Assembly: GCA_017407375.1 (NCBI GenBank) | Contig: JAFQWT010000095.1 | Location: forward strand, 1 to 31,549 | DNA: 31,549 nt | Source: Clostridia bacterium | GTDB lineage: Bacteria; Bacillota; Clostridia; Oscillospirales; CAG-272 | Direction: 5' to 3' | Shown: in pieces, positions 9,341 through 18,527 of the stretch | Position numbering within the stretch: the first letter of the stretch is position 1 | Layout of the letters: every line of letters begins with the position of its first letter | Program-made: the position numbers and the translations under genes | The notes under the pieces: generated by a model | The model's input: the letters and a program-made list of their open reading frames with translations, nothing else | What the model was told of the DNA's origin: nothing | The model's database searches: none

Positions 9341-11050
9341 ATGTCCGCCATTACCGCCGTCATCACCTCCTCTCTTGAAAAGCTGTATCCCGAGGTCGAG
9401 CCGAGGGCCATGGACACCGCAGGGCTTTCCTGCCTGGCCAACGAGCCCTTTTCCTTTGCCGTGGCGTACAAGCTCTCCCCCACCTACGCCAACGCCACGG
9501 GCATTTACGTGCGGGTGGAGACCGACCTCCCCGTCTCTCTCTATTCCGTGCGGCACGTGCCCGTCCCCCAAGCAAAGGACCCGAAGCTTGACGACGAGTG
9601 CCGCGCGGGGCTCATCGGGGACATTCTCATCCCCAAAAGGACCAACGCCCCCCTCACGACCGTCCGTTACCCCTGGCCCGAGGAGTTTACCGTGGAGGCG
9701 GGCGATGCCCCCCTCTTTGCACGGAGCGAGTCGTGGGAGGCGCTCTTTCTGACGGTGAACGAGGAGGGGCGAGCGCTGGCGGGCGGCACCTATCCCATAA
9801 GGATCACCTTCCACGCGAGCAAGGGCGGCGGCCTTCTTGGCGAGTGCGCGCTGACGCTCACGGTCATCGGGGCGCGGCTTCCGCGGCAGAAGCTGAAGTA
9901 CACCAGCTGGTTCCACGCGGACTGCCTGTGCGATGCCTACGGCGTTGCCCCCTTCTCGGATAGGTTTTTTGAGATCTTTGAGTCCTACGTGCGGGTCGGC
10001 GCCCGCCACGGCATGAACGTCCTCTTTACCCCCTGCTTCACGCCCCCGCTTGACACGCCCGTGGGGGGTGAGCGCATGACGGTGCAGCTTATCGGCGTGG
10101 CCCGTGTGCGCGGCCACTACCGCTTTGACTTTACCCTCCTTGACCGCTATATGGACATTGCTCTTCGGGCGGGTGTCACGCATTTTGAGCATTCCCACCT
10201 CTTTACCCAGTGGGGGGCCAAGCACGCCCCGAAGATCGTGGGTAGGGTCGGCGGACGGGAGGTGCGCCTTTTCGGCTGGGAGACCGACGCCACCGACGAG
10301 GAATACGGGCGCTTTTTGCGCTCCTACCTCAAGGCCCTCCTTGCCCACCTTAAGGAAAGGGGCTTGGATGACCGCTTCATCTTCCACATCTCGGATGAGC
10401 CCGGCCCCCAAACGCACGAGAATTATAAGCGCGCCAAGGCGCTGCTCGGCGGTCTGCTTGACGGCTACACCGTCGGGGATGCGCTCTCGCATTACGAGTA
10501 TTACGAGGACGGCACGGTGCCCCTGCCCATCGTCTGTACCGAAAGCATTGCCGATTTCTGCGGTAAGGCCAAGCACTTCTGGGCCTACTACACGGGCGGC
10601 CAGACCGAGGGCGGCCTCTCCAACCGCAAGCTGAACTGCTCGGGCGAGCGCAACCGTATGCTGGGTATCCAGATGTATTTCCACGGTGTGGAGGGCTTTT
10701 TGCACTGGGGCTATAACTATTGGTACAGCATCCTCTCCCGGGGCTTTACTGACCCCACGCTCGATGCCTGCGGCTACGGCGGCGCCAACCCCGGCACCTC
10801 CTCCCTCGTGTACCCCGCCCTCGACGGGACCTGCCTGCCCTCCATCCGCCAAAAGGTGTTTTACGAGGCCATCTGCGATATGCGCGCCCTCCTCCTCTAT
10901 GAGCGCCTGGCAGGCAAGCGCGCCGCCCACGCCCTCGTCCGTGAGGCCTTTGGCGAGGTGACCTTCCGCACCCACCCCGAAAGCGCCGAAAAGCTCCTTG
11001 CCTTCCGCCGCACCCTCAACGGGCGAATCGCGGAGAAGCTATCCACCTGA
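9341..11050 (+). CDS. DUF4091 domain-containing glycoside hydrolase (GH123-like, possible beta-N-acetylgalactosaminidase)
   Basis: FHISDEP with adjacent Asp-Glu pair; C-terminal EGFLHWGYNYW...LVYP...SIRQKVFYEAICDMRAL typical of DUF4091; AAAGGAG RBS before ATG 9341. Confidence 0.78.
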   Translation: MSAITAVITSSLEKLYPEVEPRAMDTAGLSCLANEPFSFAVAYKLSPTYANATGIYVRVETDLPVSLYSVRHVPVPQAKDPKLDDECRAGLIGDILIPKRTNAPLTTVRYPWPEEFTVEAGDAPLFARSESWEALFLTVNEEGRALAGGTYPIRITFHASKGGGLLGECALTLTVIGARLPRQKLKYTSWFHADCLCDAYGVAPFSDRFFEIFESYVRVGARHGMNVLFTPCFTPPLDTPVGGERMTVQLIGVARVRGHYRFDFTLLDRYMDIALRAGVTHFEHSHLFTQWGAKHAPKIVGRVGGREVRLFGWETDATDEEYGRFLRSYLKALLAHLKERGLDDRFIFHISDEPGPQTHENYKRAKALLGGLLDGYTVGDALSHYEYYEDGTVPLPIVCTESIADFCGKAKHFWAYYTGGQTEGGLSNRKLNCSGERNRMLGIQMYFHGVEGFLHWGYNYWYSILSRGFTDPTLDACGYGGANPGTSSLVYPALDGTCLPSIRQKVFYEAICDMRALLLYERLAGKRAAHALVREAFGEVTFRTHPESAEKLLAFRRTLNGRIAEKLST

Positions 11051-11068
11051 GAAAGGAAGAAACCGCCG

Positions 11069-12832
11069 ATGAGACACCTGACCTACGACAGCGACCGCTT
11101 TTACCTGAACGGAGAGCCACACACGATCCTCTCGGGCGCGATGCACTACTTCCGCATTCCCCGCGAGTACTGGCGCGACCGTCTCCAAAAGCTCTACGAA
11201 TGCGGCTTCAATACGGTCGAGACCTACACCCCCTGGAACCTGCACGAGCCGCGCGAGGGCGAGTTTGATTTTGAGGGCAACCTCGACGTTGCCGCCTTCA
11301 TCGCCGAGGCCGCCGCCGTGGGGCTGGACGTCATTCTCCGCCCGGGGCCTTACATCTGCGCCGAGTGGGAATTCGGCGGTCTTCCCGCGTGGCTCCTGAC
11401 CTACGGAGATATGGCGCTCCGCTGTAACGATCCCCTCTTTCTCTCCAAGGTCGAGCGCTATTACGACGCCCTTTTGCCGCGCGTCCGTCCCTATCTCGGC
11501 TCGGCGGGGGGGCCGCTTCTTATGCTCCAGGTCGAGAACGAGTACGGCAGCTACGGCAACGATAAGGACTACCTCCGCGCCATCAAGGCGATCTACGAGA
11601 GGCACGGCATGGACTGCCTGTACTTCACCTCGGACGGCCCCTGCTACTCGATGATGCAGGGCGGAACGCTGGACGGCGTTTTGGCGGTGGCCAACTTCGG
11701 CTCGAGGCCCCATGAGCGGCTCGGCTTTCTGAAGCAGTATCGCCCCGACCAGCCCCTGATGTGCGGTGAATACTGGTGCGGCTGGTTTGACCACTGGGGC
11801 GAGGAGCATCACTTCTGCACGGTCGAGGAGACGGCGGGTGACCTTGAGGAATTCTTCCGTATGGGCGCCTCCTTCAACTTCTATATGTTCCACGGCGGCA
11901 CCAACTTTGGCTTTATGAACGGTGCCAATTACGGCGACCGCTATCTGCCCACCGTCACAAGCTACGATTACGGCGCGCCCCTCACGGAGGCAGGCGACCG
12001 TACCCCGACCTATTACGCCCTGCGTGATATGGTAACGCGTTATTACGGCGCCCCGCCCGCCCTCACGGCAAGCGAGACGAGAAAGGCCGCCTACGGACGG
12101 GTGCGCTTCACCGAGGCCGCGCCCCTTCTTGAAAACCTTGAGGCCATCGCCTCGCCCGTCAGTACTCCCACCCCTCGGTTTATGGAAGACCTCGGTCAGA
12201 GCTACGGCTATATCCTCTACCGCACGCACGTCAAGGGGCCGCTCGACCCCCGTCCCCTCACCTTGGAGGCCTTCCACGATAAGGCCGACGTCTATCTAAA
12301 CGGGGAGCGCATCGCCTCCTACCTCCGCTGGGCGCCGCCCGCCGAGGAAGAAAAGCCGATCCTCGGCCCTCGCGACGGCGAGACCTTGCAGCTCGATATC
12401 CTTTGCGAGAATATGGGGCGCGTCAATTACGGCCCACACCTCCTTGACCGCAAGGGTGTGCGCGGTGTACGCCTCGGAAATTTCTATCACTTCGGCTGGC
12501 AGACCTACCCCTTGCCGATGACCGACCTTTCGCGCCTTTCCTTTGCTCCGATCCCCGAGGGCGGCGTCCGCGCGCCAGCGTTTCTGCGTGCCACCCTGAC
12601 GGTCGAGGGCGCCCCCGCCGACACCTTCCTCCGCACGTGCGGTCTTAAGAAGGGCTTTGTCACGGTCAACGGCAAAAACATCGGCCGCTATTATAACGAT
12701 GCAGGCCCCACGCAGACCCTCTACGTTCCCGCGCCCTTTCTCCGCGAGGGCGAGAACGAGATCCTCGTTTTTGAGACCGACGGCATCGAAGCCCCCGTAG
12801 CCGAATTCTGTTCCGATCCGATCTTAGGGTAA
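11069..12832 (+). CDS. GH35 beta-galactosidase (copy 2)
   Basis: SGAMHYFR, LRPGPYICAEWEFGGLPAWL, QVENEYGS, CGEYWCGWFDHWG, YMFHGGTNFG, SYDYGAPL. Confidence 0.95.
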   Translation: MRHLTYDSDRFYLNGEPHTILSGAMHYFRIPREYWRDRLQKLYECGFNTVETYTPWNLHEPREGEFDFEGNLDVAAFIAEAAAVGLDVILRPGPYICAEWEFGGLPAWLLTYGDMALRCNDPLFLSKVERYYDALLPRVRPYLGSAGGPLLMLQVENEYGSYGNDKDYLRAIKAIYERHGMDCLYFTSDGPCYSMMQGGTLDGVLAVANFGSRPHERLGFLKQYRPDQPLMCGEYWCGWFDHWGEEHHFCTVEETAGDLEEFFRMGASFNFYMFHGGTNFGFMNGANYGDRYLPTVTSYDYGAPLTEAGDRTPTYYALRDMVTRYYGAPPALTASETRKAAYGRVRFTEAAPLLENLEAIASPVSTPTPRFMEDLGQSYGYILYRTHVKGPLDPRPLTLEAFHDKADVYLNGERIASYLRWAPPAEEEKPILGPRDGETLQLDILCENMGRVNYGPHLLDRKGVRGVRLGNFYHFGWQTYPLPMTDLSRLSFAPIPEGGVRAPAFLRATLTVEGAPADTFLRTCGLKKGFVTVNGKNIGRYYNDAGPTQTLYVPAPFLREGENEILVFETDGIEAPVAEFCSDPILG

Positions 12833-12833
12833 G

Positions 12834-12869
12834 AAAAAAAGACAGAGAACCGTGTTCTCTGTCTTTTTT
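12834..12869. terminator. Intrinsic terminator after GH35 copy 2
   Basis: AAAAAAGACAGAGAAC-cgt-GTTCTCTGTCTTTTTT. Confidence 0.88.
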
Positions 12870-12997
12870 GTGCCATTAGCGCGGCAGTTGGCATCGAGAA
12901 ATTCCGTACGTCGCGTGTGAAAGAGGCGCGACCGATACCAAAATCCGCCGCCAAGAGCGTGGGAATTTCGTGGAGAAATTGCCGTTTGTGAGGTGAT

Positions 12998-13357
12998 GGC
13001 GTATTTCCATACGTCAAGGGGAGCGAGCGGGAATTTATGCCGAATTTTACCCGCTCGCGGAGAAAATTTTGCGCAGAAATTTTTGGCTGCGACCCGCCGG
13101 CGTATTTCCATACGTCAAGGGGTGGGAGCGGGAATTTATGCCGAAAATTACCCGCTCGCGGAGAAAATTTTGTGCAGAAATTTTTGGCCGTGACCCGCCG
13201 GCGTATTTCCATACGTCAAGGAGAGGGAGCGGGAATTTATGCCGAAATTTACCCGCTCGCGGAGAAAATTTTGTGCAGAAATTTTTGGCCGTGACCCGCC
13301 GGCGTATTTTCATACGTCAAGGGGAGCGGACGGGAATTTATGCCAAAATTTACCCGC
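12998..13357. repeat. Tandem array of a 101-bp palindrome-rich unit (3 full copies plus about 0.55 copy)
   Basis: Unit starts GGCGTATTT at 12998, 13099, 13200 and 13301 (exact 101-bp period). The copies differ at only a few positions each. Confidence 0.95.
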
Positions 13358-14042
13358 GAGAAGCGAGGCGGACGGTTGCCTTTGCCAACTCCAACGTCGG
13401 ATCGCAGGTCGGATACCGAAGGTCGTACCTCTCTACCGCCACGGGAAGCTCGGTGCAGCCGAGAAGCAGAAGCTCTGCCCCGCGGGAGAGGAGGTCCTCC
13501 ATGGCGGCGCGGGCGGGGGCGATGTCGTGATCCTGCCTTCCCGCCTTGACGCCGTTATAGATGAGGTCGGTGATGGCGCGTTGCCCGCGCTCATCGGGCA
13601 GAAGGAGCGAGAGGCCACTTTCCCGGAGGGAGGCGGCGTAAATGCCGCTTTTGACCGTTCCCTCGGTGGCGAGGAGCCCCACCGTGCGCACGCCACGCGC
13701 TACGAGGGCGTCCCGCGTGAGGTCGATCATGTGGAGCAGGGGGATCCCCACGGCGGCCTGCACCTCGGCATGGAAGTGGTGCGCCGTGTTGCAGGGCATC
13801 ACCAGCAGCTCCGCCCCCATCGCCCAAAGCGAGAGGGCGCTTTCCCGCATCTTTGGCACGGGGCTCCGCCCACGGCCGAGAATGGCCGCGGTCCTATCGG
13901 GGATCGCGGTGTTGTTGTCCAAAAGGATCCGCAGATGCTCCCCGTCACTCTCCGCCTCGGTATTTTCGATGATCTTTTTAAATAGGTCGGCCGTTGCCAG
14001 GGGGCCCATCCCCCCGATAATGCCGACGGTCTTTTTCTTCAT
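13350..14042 (-). CDS. Aspartate/glutamate racemase family protein (probable amino-acid/aspartate racemase)
   Basis: IIGGMGPLAT, both catalytic cysteines present (MPCNTAH, LGCTELP); 230 aa. Confidence 0.92.
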   Translation of the reverse strand: MKKKTVGIIGGMGPLATADLFKKIIENTEAESDGEHLRILLDNNTAIPDRTAAILGRGRSPVPKMRESALSLWAMGAELLVMPCNTAHHFHAEVQAAVGIPLLHMIDLTRDALVARGVRTVGLLATEGTVKSGIYAASLRESGLSLLLPDERGQRAITDLIYNGVKAGRQDHDIAPARAAMEDLLSRGAELLLLGCTELPVAVERYDLRYPTCDPTLELAKATVRLASRG

Positions 14043-14135
14043 GCTCTGTCTCCCCCTGTTTTCTCAGCCATTATATTCTGCCCCAAATTCTCAAAAGCTT
14101 TCCCCCCCTTGTCGGCTTTCGGGAGACGGTTTTCA

Positions 14136-14174
14136 AAAAAGAACGGAGAACGCTGTGCGTTCTCCGTTCTTTTT
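14136..14174. terminator. Intrinsic terminator after the CE15-like esterase
   Basis: Perfect 18-bp IR AAAAAGAACGGAGAACGC-tgt-GCGTTCTCCGTTCTTTTT. Confidence 0.9.
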
Positions 14175-14177
14175 CCT

Positions 14178-15266
14178 TTATCGCTTGCTGTCCAGAAAAT
14201 CAAGGTAGGCCGCCCAGTCCTCCCGCGAGAGGTAGTGCGTGCCGCGGCGGTAGTGGTAGAGGATGCTCCCCTCCCCAAGGTAGGCGCCCGGCTTTGGCAG
14301 CTCGTCAGGGGTGACGAGGCCGCGCTCGCCCAACAGCTCCCAAACGGGGGAGGCGTGCAGGGTCGTCAGGAATTCCGAGGCGGGATCGGCGTGGCTGTCA
14401 AGCTCGGCCGAGCCGACAAGGAGATAGCGCGGGGCAATGAGCGAGAGGAGGAAGCTTTGGTCGTAGGGCTTATCGTCCTCGCGGTCGGCGTAGTCCTTGA
14501 AGGCCTCGCAGAACCAGTCCCAGGAGCCCGCCTTAAGGAAGTCGGTGATGCGCTCCCCCGCCCCATGCTTGGAGGAGGCGGCGCCGCCATAGCCCGAGTT
14601 GTTGGAGATAACGGCAAAAAAGCGAGGGTCCAGCGCACCGCACCACAGGGCGGTCTTCCCAAGGCGCGAGTGGCCGATGACGGCGCACCTTTCGGTGTTG
14701 AGCCCGGGGCGCGCGGCTATGAGATAATCCAGCACGCGGGAGGCGGCAAAGGCCCACATCCCGATCTTGCCCCATTCGTCCTTCGCGCGGGCGGCGGTGG
14801 TGCCAAAGTGGGCGGCGACCCCGTCCGAAAAGTCACCGTGGCCGCGGTCATTGACCACCGCGGCGTAATCGAGGACGGCCAGCGCCCAGCCGCGCTCCAC
14901 GATCTCCTCCACGGGAATGTAGCAGTGGGGCGCCTCCCCAAACGCGATGTGGAGAATGACGGGCGGGTGGGGGACGGCCGTGGGCGTGAAGATCTGCACG
15001 GGGAAGCTCCCCTCGCCGTTGGGGGTGGTGTAGACCAGCGTCACACGCTCCTCGGTGCATTTGCCGGCGCAGGTGTAGAAACCGCGGACGGTGCCAGCCG
15101 CACGGACGGTAACGTCAACGGCGGGCGTTTTACCGTAGGCGTAGGTCTCAAGGAGGCGGCGCAGCTCCCCGCGGCGCTTCTCCCAGGTCTTTCTTGTGAC
15201 GGGGGTGCCATCCCCGTGGGTAAGGATGGGGAGATAGTTTTTCTCGGAAAGAAGCTCTTTCAGCAT
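14178..15266 (-). CDS. CE15-like (glucuronoyl esterase family) alpha/beta hydrolase
   Basis: GHSRLGKTAL nucleophile elbow (G-x-S-R-x-G), WGKIGMWAFAASRVLDYL, His in GTHYL. The canonical acid position reads SNNSG (non-canonical type); no signal peptide. Confidence 0.8.
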   Translation of the reverse strand: MLKELLSEKNYLPILTHGDGTPVTRKTWEKRRGELRRLLETYAYGKTPAVDVTVRAAGTVRGFYTCAGKCTEERVTLVYTTPNGEGSFPVQIFTPTAVPHPPVILHIAFGEAPHCYIPVEEIVERGWALAVLDYAAVVNDRGHGDFSDGVAAHFGTTAARAKDEWGKIGMWAFAASRVLDYLIAARPGLNTERCAVIGHSRLGKTALWCGALDPRFFAVISNNSGYGGAASSKHGAGERITDFLKAGSWDWFCEAFKDYADREDDKPYDQSFLLSLIAPRYLLVGSAELDSHADPASEFLTTLHASPVWELLGERGLVTPDELPKPGAYLGEGSILYHYRRGTHYLSREDWAAYLDFLDSKR

Positions 15267-15344
15267 AAAATCCTCTTTTTGTAAATCTTACTTTGCTGTT
15301 TTGGCAAAAACGGCGCCAAGGGGGCGGGCATGACGCGGGCGGCG

Positions 15345-16124
15345 TCAGGTCGCGGGGATCGGGTCCCTTTCTATCAGCTTATCAAGCCCGCGCTCGAGCG
15401 AGGTGAGAAAGCACCCCCACTCGTCAGCGTCCCGCACGTCCTTACCCTCCTCGGCCTTCCACATCTTGCCGAGGGTGTTGGTCTGCCCGGGGTGGTTGCC
15501 AAGCACAAGCTCACACCTCTCAGCCGAGAGGCGGCGGAGCGAGCGGCGGAAGTCCTCGCGGCAGGTGGCGGGGAGCCCGTAGGCCGAGAGGAAGGGGGTG
15601 GACATCGTGTTGAAGCCCGCGCCGCCCAGCATCGCGGCGACCGTGCCGTCGGGAAGCGTAATAAAGAAGGAGAGCGTGCCCGCCGTGTGGCCGGGGGTGA
15701 GCAGGCAACGCACGTGCGTTTTGCCGAAGGTGAACTCGTCCCCGTCCTCGACGAGGACGTCGGAGTGGAAGGGGGGAATGACCCGAAGCCCCAGCTCCTT
15801 GGCCCAGGTGAGGTCGGTGGGGCCGTTGAAGATCTCGTCGTCGACGCGGCTCATATAGGTGGCAGCGCCCGAAAGCGCCACGAATTCCCGCGTTGAGCCG
15901 AAGTGGTCGACGTGCGCGTGGGAATGGAGAATGGCCGTAATGCTCTCGGGCGCAAAGCCGAGGGCGCGGATATTTTCAAGGATCGTCTCCCGCATTACGG
16001 GGTAGCCCGTGTCGATGAGGACAAGGCCCGCCTCGGTATCAAGAAGATGGACCGAGACCGCTTCGGTCCCGATAAAATACAGATTCTCGTGCAGGCGGAA
16101 GGCGTGCAGCGTGGCTTCGCCCAT
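15345..16124 (-). CDS. MBL-fold metallo-hydrolase, subclass-B3-like
   Basis: NLYFIGT...LIDTG, HAHVDH (HxHxDH), TPGHT, GNHP; no obvious signal peptide. Confidence 0.87.
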   Translation of the reverse strand: MGEATLHAFRLHENLYFIGTEAVSVHLLDTEAGLVLIDTGYPVMRETILENIRALGFAPESITAILHSHAHVDHFGSTREFVALSGAATYMSRVDDEIFNGPTDLTWAKELGLRVIPPFHSDVLVEDGDEFTFGKTHVRCLLTPGHTAGTLSFFITLPDGTVAAMLGGAGFNTMSTPFLSAYGLPATCREDFRRSLRRLSAERCELVLGNHPGQTNTLGKMWKAEEGKDVRDADEWGCFLTSLERGLDKLIERDPIPAT

Positions 16125-16137
16125 AACTTTTCTCCTT

Positions 16138-16956
16138 TCAGAGCCCCAAAAGGCGGGGCAGCTCCGCGATCACGCGGGCGATGGCGCTTTCCTCATTGCT
16201 GACGGTCACGTAGTCCGCCGCGGCACGGGCGGCGGGGCAGGCATTGGCGACCGCCACACCGACGTGCGCCGTGCGGAACATGCCGATGTCGTTGTCGTAA
16301 TCCCCGATCGCCACGGTCATCTTGGGGTCGATGCCGAGGTGCTCGGCCAGCTTTTGGAGGGCAAGGCCCTTGTGGACGCCCTTCGGCAGGATCTCAAAGA
16401 GGTGGGTCTCCGAGCGGATGAAGTCGAATTCCTCCGCCAGCGGGTGACTCCGCAGGGTGCGCTCCACGGCCAGCAGCTCCTCCTCCGTTTTGATGCCAAA
16501 GAGGACCTTGGAAAGCGGCTCCTCCACCTCACGGTACGGGCAGACGAGGTTTTCAAGGCCCGTCACACGGCGGAAGTGGTACATGACCTCGTTCTCCCTT
16601 GAGAAATAGGCCCTCTCGAAGGCGCTCATCTGGATGCCGACCTCGGGAAAGGCCTCGGCAACACACGCAACAAGCGCCAGCGCGCGGCGGTCAAGCTCAC
16701 AGCGCCACACGTAGCGCCCGGCTTCCCCGTCGTAAAGGGCGCCGCCGTTGGCGCAGCCGTAGGGCACGTTGGGCGCGGCGGCCCGATAGGCGCTCTCCGC
16801 GTAGAAGGGGAGACGCCCCGTCATAAAGGTAAAGGCGCCGCCCTCGTGCTTAAAATATTCAATGGCCTCGCGGTTCTCGCGCGAGACGGTCTTATCGCTC
16901 CGAAAAAGCGTTCCGTCAAGATCGGTACAGACGAGAACGCCGTCAAATTTCCCCAT
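16138..16956 (-). CDS. Cof-type HAD-IIB family hydrolase
   Basis: TDLDGTL motif I, KGVHKG, AIGDYDND motif IV; AAGGAGG RBS. Confidence 0.92.
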   Translation of the reverse strand: MGKFDGVLVCTDLDGTLFRSDKTVSRENREAIEYFKHEGGAFTFMTGRLPFYAESAYRAAAPNVPYGCANGGALYDGEAGRYVWRCELDRRALALVACVAEAFPEVGIQMSAFERAYFSRENEVMYHFRRVTGLENLVCPYREVEEPLSKVLFGIKTEEELLAVERTLRSHPLAEEFDFIRSETHLFEILPKGVHKGLALQKLAEHLGIDPKMTVAIGDYDNDIGMFRTAHVGVAVANACPAARAAADYVTVSNEESAIARVIAELPRLLGL

Positions 16957-16973
16957 GGGGCCCTCCTTGCCTC

Positions 16974-18497
16974 TTACGGCTCAATGACAAGATCCTTAAC
17001 GTTATGAAAATGGTTGGGAAGCGGCTCGCCAAGGTCGCTGGCGAGGACGCGCACGTTCTTAAGGCGGACGCCCTCGAGCGCACCCTCCGGCTCATCAAAG
17101 CCGTCAAAATTCAGGGGGGTCATCCGGCGGGGCTTCTCTACGGTGCCGCCGTACACGCCCGTCACGGTCAGGTTCTCAAACGTGAGGTCGGAGATCTTCG
17201 TGAGACAGCCCGCGCTCTCCCCGTCATTATTGTAATTGACCTTGGTCCGCACCATGACCGAGGTAACGAGCGAGTCGCGCGCGTGGACGCCCCGGATGTA
17301 GGCACCGCGGTCCCGTGTGGTCTTGATGTTGATGCCGTAGCCGAAAAGCTCGCAGTCCCAGACGTAGACGTCCTCGATCCCGCCCGAAAGCTCGGTGCCG
17401 ATGGCCACGTCAAGACCGCGGCAGTCAAAGACGTACACCCCGCGTGTCGGACGGGCGATGGCGTTGCCCTCGGGATTTTTGCCCGACTTGATGGCAATGG
17501 AGTTGTCGTAGGTATCGAAGGCGGTGCCAAAGATCACGCAATTCTCCGAGGAGTCGGGGTCCCAGCCATCCCCGTTCCAGACGGGCTCGCGCAGGAGCGT
17601 GCCGTCCTCCGCGTAGGTCGGTGCCGAGATGATGCGGCAGTTGTAGGTCACGATATCGCGGCTGTAAATGAAGTGCAAAAGCCAGGAGGCACCGTAGCCG
17701 AGTGTCAGCCCGCCGATGACAACGCCGCGGCAGTTGCCCACCTGGATGAGGCGGCCGCGGGCGCGCCCCGGGATGGTGTTGGCGTTCTCGCAGGTCTTGA
17801 CGTAGTCGGCGTTCTCCGCGAGGAAGGTGGCAAGAGCGGCGCGCTCGGTCTCCAGGATGTCGGTGGCCAGGGGGCGGCCGCCGCCAAAGACGGTGCCGTG
17901 ACCGCGCAGGACCACGTCCTCGCAGGTGTAGCCGCCGTTACGGTCGACCGTGCCGACGTTCAGAAGTGAGCGGTAGCACTGCATATGCGTGCCCTCAAAG
18001 CGGCTCTCGATCTTCGGAAGGTAGTCGGCGGCCCTCTCGCTGCCCTGAAGGGTAGCGCCCTCGGCAAGGTAGAGCTCGGTGTGGCTATGAACGTCAAGTG
18101 CCCCCGTGAGGTAGGTGCCCGCAGGGAGATACACGCAGTCCCTTGCCGTGCAGTCGCAAAGCGCCCTCTGGATGGCCGCCGTGCAGTCGGTCACGCCGTC
18201 GCCCACGGCCAGGTAGGGGGGCGCCGTTACGTCCAGCCGCCGCTTTTTCTTGGCGGTGGTGACGGTAAGCTCTGCCGTCCCTTGGGGAGCGCCCGCCCTC
18301 TCTGCCTCGATGCGTACGGTGTACGTGCGGGCGGCCGCAAGGTCCGAGAAGGTGTAGTGCGTGGTATCGGTGGTGCCGTGCAGGGTGCCGTCAAGGTAGA
18401 GACGGTAGCCGTCGGCAAAGGTGAAGCTCTCCTTTTTCCACCACAGTGTGATCTCGTCGTCAAAGACGAGCGTTTCTATACCCAAAATTTCGTTCAT
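16974..18497 (-). CDS. FN3 + GH28 (exo-polygalacturonase-like) protein with altered catalytic motifs
   Basis: N-terminal FN3-like domain, AVGDGVTDCTAAIQRA, YLPAGTYLTG, NGDGWDP, IAIKSGKN. GDD is replaced by YDN, GHG is absent and RIK reads NIK. Confidence 0.82.
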   Translation of the reverse strand: MNEILGIETLVFDDEITLWWKKESFTFADGYRLYLDGTLHGTTDTTHYTFSDLAAARTYTVRIEAERAGAPQGTAELTVTTAKKKRRLDVTAPPYLAVGDGVTDCTAAIQRALCDCTARDCVYLPAGTYLTGALDVHSHTELYLAEGATLQGSERAADYLPKIESRFEGTHMQCYRSLLNVGTVDRNGGYTCEDVVLRGHGTVFGGGRPLATDILETERAALATFLAENADYVKTCENANTIPGRARGRLIQVGNCRGVVIGGLTLGYGASWLLHFIYSRDIVTYNCRIISAPTYAEDGTLLREPVWNGDGWDPDSSENCVIFGTAFDTYDNSIAIKSGKNPEGNAIARPTRGVYVFDCRGLDVAIGTELSGGIEDVYVWDCELFGYGINIKTTRDRGAYIRGVHARDSLVTSVMVRTKVNYNNDGESAGCLTKISDLTFENLTVTGVYGGTVEKPRRMTPLNFDGFDEPEGALEGVRLKNVRVLASDLGEPLPNHFHNVKDLVIEP

Positions 18498-18527
18498 ATC
18501 GGTGCCCTCCTCATAATCTTCACACTG

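Noticed and set aside
12998-13357. CRISPR array or integron attC array
   Set aside because: There are no unique spacers, no cassette ORFs between units, no RYYYAAC/GTTRRRY cores and no cas or integrase gene nearby.
12721-13530. ORFs over the tandem array (e.g. MPKFTRSRRKFCAEIF..., MEIRRRV...)
   Set aside because: The 101-bp period is not a multiple of 3, so the frame shifts each unit. These are artefacts of the repeat.
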